Origin: Halomicronema hongdechloris C2206 | GTDB lineage: Bacteria; Cyanobacteriota; Cyanobacteriia; Phormidesmidales; Phormidesmidaceae | DNA length: 32,000 nt | Assembly: GCF_002075285.3 (NCBI RefSeq) | Contig: NZ_CP021983.2 | Coordinates: 2,970,001-3,002,000 of the forward strand | Direction of reading: 5' to 3' | Part shown: positions 17,996 through 25,732 of the stretch, piece by piece | Position numbering within the stretch: position 1 is the first letter of the stretch | Layout of the letters: each line of letters starts with the position of its first letter | Translations under genes and position numbers: made by a program | Notes under the pieces: generated by a model | The model's input: only the letters and a program-made list of their open reading frames with translations | Told to the model about the DNA's origin: nothing | Database searches by the model: none

Positions 17996-19939
17996 TTATT
18001 CCGAAGGTTCGGCAACCATTCTCTGGTTTGCCGGGACGTTGACCAGGCTATCGAAGACTAATCCGCTATTTCCTTCTCCACGCCCTGTTTGCTTTCGAAC
18101 TCCTAACCAGGTGTAAATCGTTCCTCTGTGCCATCGTGTACGTTGATACCTTTGGGAGACCTTGACCCCGGCACGAGGCACTTCTTCTTCATAGATAAAG
18201 TATCGCTGTTTTTCCAGATCATCCGGAAGATCGAGACCTTCCCGAAGCAAGACAGTGCGAGGTTTGACTTTGGGGCGGTCTGGACTCCCCGATAAAATAC
18301 GAGGCATGGATGCTCGTTGTAGTTGAATCTGACGATTGTCGTTCTCAACGTGAACTGGGATAAAGGGAATCCACTGTTCCGGTACGCGGTTCATCGCCTG
18401 ATAGCGGATAGGCGCATTGTAGGTTTCAGGGGGAGGCACAATCCTACCTGCTTCGATGTCCTGCCCTAGCAAGCGCTTGTAGTGGTTATACAGTTCATAT
18501 CCAGCTTCACTCCCCGATTTACTGTCCCCTGAGGGCAATGGGATGTGCGTTTCAATGCCCCACACCATATTCGCCATTTCATCGCGGATCAGCGAAATTT
18601 CCTCAAGCGATCGCCCTTCTTGAATCTTCGGTACTGTTGGCAGGAGAAGCAGGCTGAGATCGGCTGCTTCCTGGTTTTGCCCTTGGGTGTTGATGGTGAA
18701 CATACTCCAACGCTGCCAGTCGTCATCTTCACCCCTACCTGCGGGTTCTACCCAGATGCGCTCGCCAAACACATTGGTTACCGCCATACCTTTCACTCGG
18801 GCAATGCTACCGACAGAAAGGGGATAGGAAATCAGGAACCAGTCGTTGGCATAGACCAGGCCAAACTCGATAAAGAGTAGTTTGGAGAGATCTCTAGTTT
18901 TGGGGTTAATATCGCCAAAGTTGGTTTTCCGGTCTTCGAACGCCCACCAGCGAGTGTTGGGCATGCCATCATAGCTAACTTGCACGGGGATAAATGACAG
19001 TGGCGTAGGGGCGCTGTCTTGAGGATTTGAAGCGTCTGGATCGGGGGTTTCTGGATCGGAGCTAGGAGGGGGATTGGGAATGGTCAGTTCCCTTTGATTG
19101 GGATCCACATCCAGGTTGTACCAGTCCAGCTGACCTTGATGGTATCCCTGCGCGACGTAAACCATTTCCTCATCTGCTACTGGAGCTGAGCAGGCAAACT
19201 GGTATTCCAATTGCGAGGGTTTCCATGCTTCGCCTAGGGTTTCTGCGGGTTGGTAAAACTGCCGCTGAAACCAACTGAGGAATCTGTCTGCCAGCCTATC
19301 CACCTCAGGGCGGCTATCCACCGGGATAGATGTATTGTCATAGGCTCGATGCGCTGGATCACCCATGAGATATCGATAGAAGGCATAGCCATCCATCATG
19401 CGCCCCGCCACTGCTGTTACCTGCTGCCAGACCTCGGGATGGGCGCAAATTTGGGCATCTGCTGCGTCGTTCGGATCTGGCTCGGCAATGGGGTATTGCT
19501 GAATGTAATCTGCATTAAAGTTGCCAATGGATTGATTGACCAGTTTGAGCCAGTGTCGGCCCATCAGCAAGCGAAGATTGAGGGAAATGAACTGCTCGCC
19601 GATGGTGAAGGGGATGGGGCGGTTTTCGACCTGGGCTTCAAGGGGAACATCATCGGAAAAAGGACGTGGGTCATGGCCATGGGGTTGGTATTTAGTGAGC
19701 CGAGTGGTGCCCATATGCACCTTGGCAAAGATGGGGGATCCGGCGTCGTCTCCCTGAAATTCTCCCATTTGCCATTGCTTGCAGAGCATCCAGAGGGCAT
19801 CGCGCACCTCAACCTTGAATGCCAGGTCGAAGGTGTCTCGGCGAGGTCGTGCCTCCAACCGATTCCACAGGGTAATGGTGGGAAAGGACCGCTTGTTGAG
19901 TACGGCTGCCATGTTTTGAATTGGAGGAAATTCAGGCAT
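17996..19939 (-). CDS. Giant-operon gene 4: 647-aa uncharacterised protein
   Basis: Long uninterrupted ORF. Its start overlaps the stop of the upstream gene (ATGCCTGA, 19939-19932). Conserved-looking blocks are TLWNRLEARPRRDTFDLAFKVEVRDALWMLCKQWQMGEFQGDDAGSPIF and RWWAFEDRKTNFGDI...FGLVYANDWFLISYPL. It has a Pro/Asp-rich linker PNPPPSSDPETPDPDASNPQDSAPTP. I recognised no characterised domain. Confidence 0.9.
   Translation of the reverse strand: MPEFPPIQNMAAVLNKRSFPTITLWNRLEARPRRDTFDLAFKVEVRDALWMLCKQWQMGEFQGDDAGSPIFAKVHMGTTRLTKYQPHGHDPRPFSDDVPLEAQVENRPIPFTIGEQFISLNLRLLMGRHWLKLVNQSIGNFNADYIQQYPIAEPDPNDAADAQICAHPEVWQQVTAVAGRMMDGYAFYRYLMGDPAHRAYDNTSIPVDSRPEVDRLADRFLSWFQRQFYQPAETLGEAWKPSQLEYQFACSAPVADEEMVYVAQGYHQGQLDWYNLDVDPNQRELTIPNPPPSSDPETPDPDASNPQDSAPTPLSFIPVQVSYDGMPNTRWWAFEDRKTNFGDINPKTRDLSKLLFIEFGLVYANDWFLISYPLSVGSIARVKGMAVTNVFGERIWVEPAGRGEDDDWQRWSMFTINTQGQNQEAADLSLLLLPTVPKIQEGRSLEEISLIRDEMANMVWGIETHIPLPSGDSKSGSEAGYELYNHYKRLLGQDIEAGRIVPPPETYNAPIRYQAMNRVPEQWIPFIPVHVENDNRQIQLQRASMPRILSGSPDRPKVKPRTVLLREGLDLPDDLEKQRYFIYEEEVPRAGVKVSQRYQRTRWHRGTIYTWLGVRKQTGRGEGNSGLVFDSLVNVPANQRMVAEPSE
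18607..18614. repeat. HIP1 octamer GCGATCGC
   Basis: Exact octamer read at these coordinates. Confidence 0.95.
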
Positions 19940-22900
19940 CTTCTTCGGTATTGATAAGACGGTAGACGTTGTTATTGAGAGCCAGGTTGAGCATGATGGT
20001 GAGGGGATGGAAAGTGACTGCAGAAATCGTCGCGGGTAAGAAACGGGCGTAGGCTGTGTCGTCTACTTGCGTTGGCTCGACGGCACGCAGGCGAGCTTCT
20101 TCGATGGTTTCGCGGATGGCATCGACCAGGTCATTCCACTGCCATGCCCCATCCATATGGGGGCTGGCCACCAGTAGCATCGTTTGTGGGGGTTCGGCGT
20201 TAGGCCGGTCATAGTTGAAGGTGATGCCCGTTGTTTCTTCTGGCGTCGAGATGACTTCCGTCCACTCGTCCAGCAGCAGCCCACACTGGTTTGCGCCTGG
20301 ATTGAATGGGATCGCGTAGTGAGCCGTGTAGAGCAGGCGATCGCCCTCAAACTCATAATCTGGCGGATAGGGCATAGCCAGCCATCGATCATGTTCACGA
20401 TAGGGCAACTGTATGGGTATCAACTCTGGTTCCCCAGTGCCAAAGGCACGGCTCAGCATCATCACCCGTTCCCAGTGGGCAGCATCTTCGCGGACTCGGG
20501 CCACGCCGTACAGCCATTCATCTACGGGAAAATCTAGTCCCACCCCAGCAGGCTCTGGATCGGTGAGATAGGAGAGGATGAGGGTGCGATCGCCCCAAGC
20601 CTTGTTCCACTCGCTGGCCTGGTCCTCAGATAAGGAAAATTCTGGAATGATTTTGAAATCCTCGCCCAGCAAAGTTCTCGCCGCCTGGGTTAACCCTTCT
20701 ACGCGTGCCGGGGCTGCTCCAAGGCTCAGGGCCGCCGAAATCTGATCGTTGGCGGTGGTTTGTCGGCGCAGCAGTTCCGTGCGCAGCAGAGTCATTCGGT
20801 CATACAGGTCCCCCGCAAACCGCAGGATTTCTTCCTCCACCGCCGCCACCTCCAGCTTTTGGTAATCAAAAGCATCCAGGGGCAGCCGAGCATTGATGTC
20901 TGTCAGCAACTGGGATAGGGCTGTATTAGAGGAAGTTTGGATCGCCCGCAACTGGTTCAGTTCCGCCTCGAAGGTTGCGCCCTTGGCCTGGGCAGCCATT
21001 CGGTACTCTTCGGGGATTGCAGGCAGGGGCACGGTCAATTCTGTCGAGACCAGCCCTTCCGCCTGCCGCAGCAGGCTAATCCGTTCCTCGTCGGTGGTTG
21101 CTGCCGGATAGTCGGTGGTGAGCAGGGTATTGAAGCGGTCGAGTCGGTCTTGCCATCGTTCCACAAGTTCATCCACCTTGCCTCGTAGTATCCCAAACTG
21201 CTGCTTTTTCCAGTCATAGGTAAACCCAATGCCTGCCTGGGGAATGCTAAACTTCATCGCCTGGACAAACAGCGCCATCACCCGATCAATCCAATTGTCG
21301 ATCGCCCCCAAAATGTTGCTCCGGTGGGTTTCTGGATCAGGCAACCACAGATCCAGATCGGCGATCAGGGCATCCAGATCATCAGTGCCCGGATTGGGAT
21401 GGGACACCAGTTCTCCCAGTTGCGTTACCAGAGGGGTTAGCCGATTCTCATTCAGCAGCACTTGCTCTGCTGTTTCTTGTCGGGTCTCCGTGGGCAGTGC
21501 CACATCCGCTGCATTCAGGGGGCGCGATTTCAGAATTAAACTGCGCAGGCTACCCAGCATGGCCCCTACCTCAAAGAAGGAAATGCGGCCCGGTTCCTTC
21601 AGCACATACTGAATCTGAATATCCCCATCCCAGCGAGGATTGTGGGTTGTCAGCACATGATAGACCACCTGGTCATCCAGTTCAGTCATGGCCTGATTCG
21701 TTTCAGGATTGACGAGGTAGAGCAAATCTAAAGGTTGTAGCCCAAGTTGTTGCTGGCTCACCTCATCTGTGGTCAAGGTACTGTTTGCCGCATTCAGATA
21801 GGTTGCTTTGCAGATCACCGTGGCAGGATCGGGCAGCAGGCGATTCAACCAAGCATTGACGGCGGGTTCGGCATGGGTGCGGGGGGTAATGGCAAGGGCA
21901 TTGGGCGAAATAGCCGGATTCAGCCCCGACTCGAAGTGCAGCCCCATGCGATGGGTCAGGTTTATGCCGCTACGCGGTGTTTGCACCACTTCTGGTTCGG
22001 GAGGAAAGGTGCCTTTGGCGTAGGCATCCAGGTTTGATGCTACTCGTCCGTAGTTGCCCTGTACCGCCTGATAAACCCCCTCTGCCATGACCAAATCGGC
22101 GACCGCATCGTGGACGTCGAGAATTCGGTCAACCTCCGTGTTAATCACGGCTTTTTGTTCATCTGTGATATCCGTTGTGGGAAGGCTTCCCTTGCCAAAG
22201 GGATAGGTCTCGATGTTGGACTGTTTGATCTGGTTAACCAGGGCATAGCCATTAATCACATTGCGGGCCTCGATCGCTTGGATGGCATCGGTTTCCTCCG
22301 AGCGGGTCTCCCGAAATCGATCGGCCACCAGGGGAAAGGCTTTGCGCAGTTCAAAAATAAACTGATCGACTTCGGCCTCGGGGTGGCGATCGTGTAGGCC
22401 CCGTTCTAGTTGATACCCCAGCAGCGCTCCCAAGGTTTGCCCGTTGCGGATGCCTTCGATGATGCCCAACGCTAACCGCACCCGCTCAGAGGACAGGTTC
22501 ACCTTCAGCAGATCGGGATTGCCTGGTGTGGCGTTAGCAATGTAGCCATTGCGGAGAATGGCAGCTGCGATCGCATGATTGAGTGATGGCGCATGGATAA
22601 ATCCGCCGTTGGTATTGTCTCGCATCAGGGGGGGCAGGTCTTCTGCTTCCGGAGGGTTGAAGATGGTGTCCAGTTCCTCACCCAACTCATCCGACTTCAC
22701 GGGAGTGAGCCGTTTGTTTTCTGACTTCACTCGTTCCACAATGCCGAAAGCCCCCAAGTAGAGGCCCTGCCGCGCTGGAGAGCGGTCCCCAGCAACGGCC
22801 AGACGTTCAACATCAATGTCGTCATCAATATCGTCGTCGGAACCATCGTCGGGGGGGCTGGGAGTGCTTGGCGGCGTGGGGCGATTGCCATACCGCATGC

Positions 22901-25727
22901 CCAATAGCTGATAGTTCAACAGTCCCCAGCGCCAGGCATCCAATCGGTAGGTGCATAGATCTACATGTTCCGCTAACAGGCGTTCTAACCGGGCCGTCGG
23001 CGTGTTCTCTAGGTGCTTCAATGCCTCCAGTTGCTGATACAGGTAGCGGGTGGCAGGCAATTGACTGATGACTTGAGGAATATAGTCTGCCACCACCAGG
23101 TCGGGATTGTTGGTGATGGTAGGGGCCGTCTGGTAGAGATATTCATAGCGGCTCTTACTCCGCTGGTTGAGCCGGACGGGCTTGCCAGAGGTTGCCAACG
23201 GGTTGGGAGTCGGTTCTAAGGAAGATTCAAAGGCGCGATCGGCGACATGCACGAAACTCGGATCGAGTCGAGCCGTTGCCAGTTGTGCTGGGGAGAGTAG
23301 CTCGAACGTCTGAAACAGGCGCAGTCCTGCATCCCAATAGCCTTGTTCAAGGGCATAGCGGAGCATCAGATAAAGCAAGGCTCTGGGCTTCTGGGCGAAG
23401 CCCTCTTCTTTGCGCAAAGCATCAAAGGAGGTCTGGGCGGTATCAATCAGCCAGCGAATATAGTTGCGGCCATCCTCCGTGTAGGCGCGGATGGGGTTCA
23501 TCTCCGACAGGGGCTGATCGTCGATGAGATCTCCTAACAGTTTGTCGGGTTGCTTCAGAAAAAATTTCTCCAGGATTTCAGGGATAGCCGTATCCTCGTA
23601 CCCTAGACGGGTCAGCAAATCCATGCCGCTTTGGGGATAGCCCAATGCAATCAGCGCCACCAGCAGGTGTCCCCAAGCCCCCTGTAACTTCAGGCGATTA
23701 GTCAGCTGCTCCAGGCTTTCGGCATAGCGCTGGTAGTATTCCACTGACGAGGGATGCAGTCCCACGACATCCAGCAAAATCTGATGGGGGTCACTCTCCT
23801 CGCTCTCCTCGCCCTTGCCCACATAGGAAACCTTCGAGAGCTGCTGCTGCCAATCTACCCGCATCGTTTCCAGGAGCTGGTGCAACTCGATCAGGTAGTT
23901 ACGGTAGCCCTCCGGATGGGGCACTCCCAAGGGGCGGGGCCACCGTCTCTCCCGCAGCCAGACCACCCGGCTGAAGACAGTGGTGGGAAGAATGCCATAG
24001 GGCTGGTCGCCAATGCGAATCGCAGGCAGGATGCCCCGGGCCGAGACAAAGTTTGTGAAGAACCAGCGCGTCTTTTCGATGGTCGAGGCATCGAAAACCG
24101 GGGCCATCATCGATTCCATCAAGTAGCCCCAGGTGCCCGGCCACAACACCGTATTCATGGCCCGGGCCTCACACTGGTCGCGCCCCCGGGCGCAGGGTGT
24201 ACGATCAAAAGTGTTGAGTCGGATGCCCAACAAATCGGCAAGCCACTGGCCATCCCTGCGCGATCGCAAATCCGGGTCATGGGTCAATGGGTCTGGCTTG
24301 AACACCAGATCATAGGTATCATCGGCATCCTCGCGTTCAGAAAAGCCAGAACCTGCCCCTTCCGTATTGTTTGTCGGGGTTCCCTGGGGCACCAAGCTGA
24401 AGCCAGAATTCCCCGTTTCGTGATGTTGAAATAGGGTTTCAAGCATCTCTTGTCCGGCACTCGCATCGGCGCTCAGCCGCACCCCCAGTACCAGCAGCTG
24501 ATCAAAACCCAGGTTTAGATCCTCAGGGCTCAGGTCGACCCGAAAGCCCATTCCCACCTCTACGGCACGATCGAAATCGACCATCCACCGCATGGCGTCA
24601 CTGACCACCACATCGCCATTCTCCAGGCGTAGCTGATCGGCCTCATCCGCTAGAGGATCTGGCCCTGCAATCAACGGCATGGAGATAGGATTGCCCAGTT
24701 GCTCCAGCACCCGCTCTCCCCTGCGATAACCCAGCAACACCAACCGCTCCGGCAGCACTGTCACACGGGGAGGCTGGGACCAGGGCTGTTGTTGAGTTGC
24801 CATCTGCTCCTGGTCAGGGAATTCGAGCCAGGCGACCGCGACACGCGCCTGTGGCCGAGTCAGGGGGGATGGTGGTTCATCTGCCAGGTTTGCAGGGACA
24901 TAATCGGTGCGCATTACGGCCGCCTGCTCTATCCCGATCGCCGCGGCTAATGTCTCAACGGCAGTCTGCTCCGCTGCGGCATCACCCGCGGCCCGCCACC
25001 AGGCAATCCAGAATGCTTCAACGGCAGGTTTCTCTTCAGGGGGCAAGGGAGACTCCGTGGAGATTACCAACACTACGTCGAAGTCTGTCTTTTGCGGGAA
25101 GGGGGTACCCAGATCAGGACGGTATTGCTGAATCAACCAGGCCGCCCGTCCAGCACCAAAGCCAGCGACGAGCGATCGCCACGCTCCCCGCTGTTCAGCC
25201 TCCTCCCCTCCCGCTTTTGCCCAATCCACCCAAAACTTTTGGACACTGACCAGTTCACTTTCTGAAAGCACCGCTTCAAAGGTATCCACCAGGCATTCAT
25301 CGGGATATACCCGCACCCAGAGCTGCTCGACCTGGGTTGCTCCTGGAACCTCCACCGATTTAAAGCGGGTTTCGAGCCGCAGGGGAAACAGCAAAACAGG
25401 GTAATCGGTACTTTTGAAGCGAAGATTGTCGCGGGGATCGGTAAACGGCAGAAATTCGGCAGTCAATCTCTCTGCCATTCTGACAGATTCACCCAGACCG
25501 CTTTCCAGTTGACTGATAGTGGCCTCCGTTTTGGCCTGTTGGGCTTGCAACCGGCGCTGACGAGCCTGGTGCTGCGGGTTTTGCGGATTGAAATATCGAT
25601 CTAGCCGCTGCTGTGACCTCTGATTTTTCGCCAGTTGCTCGCGGGCAACAAACAGGTTTAACCGGGTATTCTCCTGCTGCTGTCTGGTTTGGTGGAGTTG
25701 TCTGCATGTGTCGTCGAATTGCGTCAT
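19932..25727 (-). CDS. Giant-operon gene 3: 1931-aa uncharacterised protein
   Basis: An uninterrupted 5.8-kb ORF. GGAG lies 7 nt upstream of the ATG and overlaps the end of the upstream gene, with a 5-nt intergenic gap. The N-terminal 90 aa are Q/R-rich and coiled-coil-like. Blocks include PVLLFPLRLETRF, LWVRVYPDE, IRIGDQPYGILPTT and GGFIHAPSLNHAIAAAILRNGY...LGALLGYQLERGLHD. An acidic run reads DDGSDDDIDDDIDVE. I recognised no known domain. Confidence 0.93.
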   Translation of the reverse strand: MTQFDDTCRQLHQTRQQQENTRLNLFVAREQLAKNQRSQQRLDRYFNPQNPQHQARQRRLQAQQAKTEATISQLESGLGESVRMAERLTAEFLPFTDPRDNLRFKSTDYPVLLFPLRLETRFKSVEVPGATQVEQLWVRVYPDECLVDTFEAVLSESELVSVQKFWVDWAKAGGEEAEQRGAWRSLVAGFGAGRAAWLIQQYRPDLGTPFPQKTDFDVVLVISTESPLPPEEKPAVEAFWIAWWRAAGDAAAEQTAVETLAAAIGIEQAAVMRTDYVPANLADEPPSPLTRPQARVAVAWLEFPDQEQMATQQQPWSQPPRVTVLPERLVLLGYRRGERVLEQLGNPISMPLIAGPDPLADEADQLRLENGDVVVSDAMRWMVDFDRAVEVGMGFRVDLSPEDLNLGFDQLLVLGVRLSADASAGQEMLETLFQHHETGNSGFSLVPQGTPTNNTEGAGSGFSEREDADDTYDLVFKPDPLTHDPDLRSRRDGQWLADLLGIRLNTFDRTPCARGRDQCEARAMNTVLWPGTWGYLMESMMAPVFDASTIEKTRWFFTNFVSARGILPAIRIGDQPYGILPTTVFSRVVWLRERRWPRPLGVPHPEGYRNYLIELHQLLETMRVDWQQQLSKVSYVGKGEESEESDPHQILLDVVGLHPSSVEYYQRYAESLEQLTNRLKLQGAWGHLLVALIALGYPQSGMDLLTRLGYEDTAIPEILEKFFLKQPDKLLGDLIDDQPLSEMNPIRAYTEDGRNYIRWLIDTAQTSFDALRKEEGFAQKPRALLYLMLRYALEQGYWDAGLRLFQTFELLSPAQLATARLDPSFVHVADRAFESSLEPTPNPLATSGKPVRLNQRSKSRYEYLYQTAPTITNNPDLVVADYIPQVISQLPATRYLYQQLEALKHLENTPTARLERLLAEHVDLCTYRLDAWRWGLLNYQLLGMRYGNRPTPPSTPSPPDDGSDDDIDDDIDVERLAVAGDRSPARQGLYLGAFGIVERVKSENKRLTPVKSDELGEELDTIFNPPEAEDLPPLMRDNTNGGFIHAPSLNHAIAAAILRNGYIANATPGNPDLLKVNLSSERVRLALGIIEGIRNGQTLGALLGYQLERGLHDRHPEAEVDQFIFELRKAFPLVADRFRETRSEETDAIQAIEARNVINGYALVNQIKQSNIETYPFGKGSLPTTDITDEQKAVINTEVDRILDVHDAVADLVMAEGVYQAVQGNYGRVASNLDAYAKGTFPPEPEVVQTPRSGINLTHRMGLHFESGLNPAISPNALAITPRTHAEPAVNAWLNRLLPDPATVICKATYLNAANSTLTTDEVSQQQLGLQPLDLLYLVNPETNQAMTELDDQVVYHVLTTHNPRWDGDIQIQYVLKEPGRISFFEVGAMLGSLRSLILKSRPLNAADVALPTETRQETAEQVLLNENRLTPLVTQLGELVSHPNPGTDDLDALIADLDLWLPDPETHRSNILGAIDNWIDRVMALFVQAMKFSIPQAGIGFTYDWKKQQFGILRGKVDELVERWQDRLDRFNTLLTTDYPAATTDEERISLLRQAEGLVSTELTVPLPAIPEEYRMAAQAKGATFEAELNQLRAIQTSSNTALSQLLTDINARLPLDAFDYQKLEVAAVEEEILRFAGDLYDRMTLLRTELLRRQTTANDQISAALSLGAAPARVEGLTQAARTLLGEDFKIIPEFSLSEDQASEWNKAWGDRTLILSYLTDPEPAGVGLDFPVDEWLYGVARVREDAAHWERVMMLSRAFGTGEPELIPIQLPYREHDRWLAMPYPPDYEFEGDRLLYTAHYAIPFNPGANQCGLLLDEWTEVISTPEETTGITFNYDRPNAEPPQTMLLVASPHMDGAWQWNDLVDAIRETIEEARLRAVEPTQVDDTAYARFLPATISAVTFHPLTIMLNLALNNNVYRLINTEEDA
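20337..20344. repeat. HIP1 octamer GCGATCGC
   Basis: Exact octamer read at these coordinates. Confidence 0.95.
20586..20593. repeat. HIP1 octamer GCGATCGC
   Basis: Exact octamer read at these coordinates. Confidence 0.95.
22567..22574. repeat. HIP1 octamer GCGATCGC
   Basis: Exact octamer read at these coordinates. Confidence 0.95.
24260..24267. repeat. HIP1 octamer GCGATCGC
   Basis: Exact octamer read at these coordinates. Confidence 0.95.
25172..25179. repeat. HIP1 octamer GCGATCGC
   Basis: Exact octamer read at these coordinates. Confidence 0.95.
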
Positions 25728-25732
25728 GGGTC

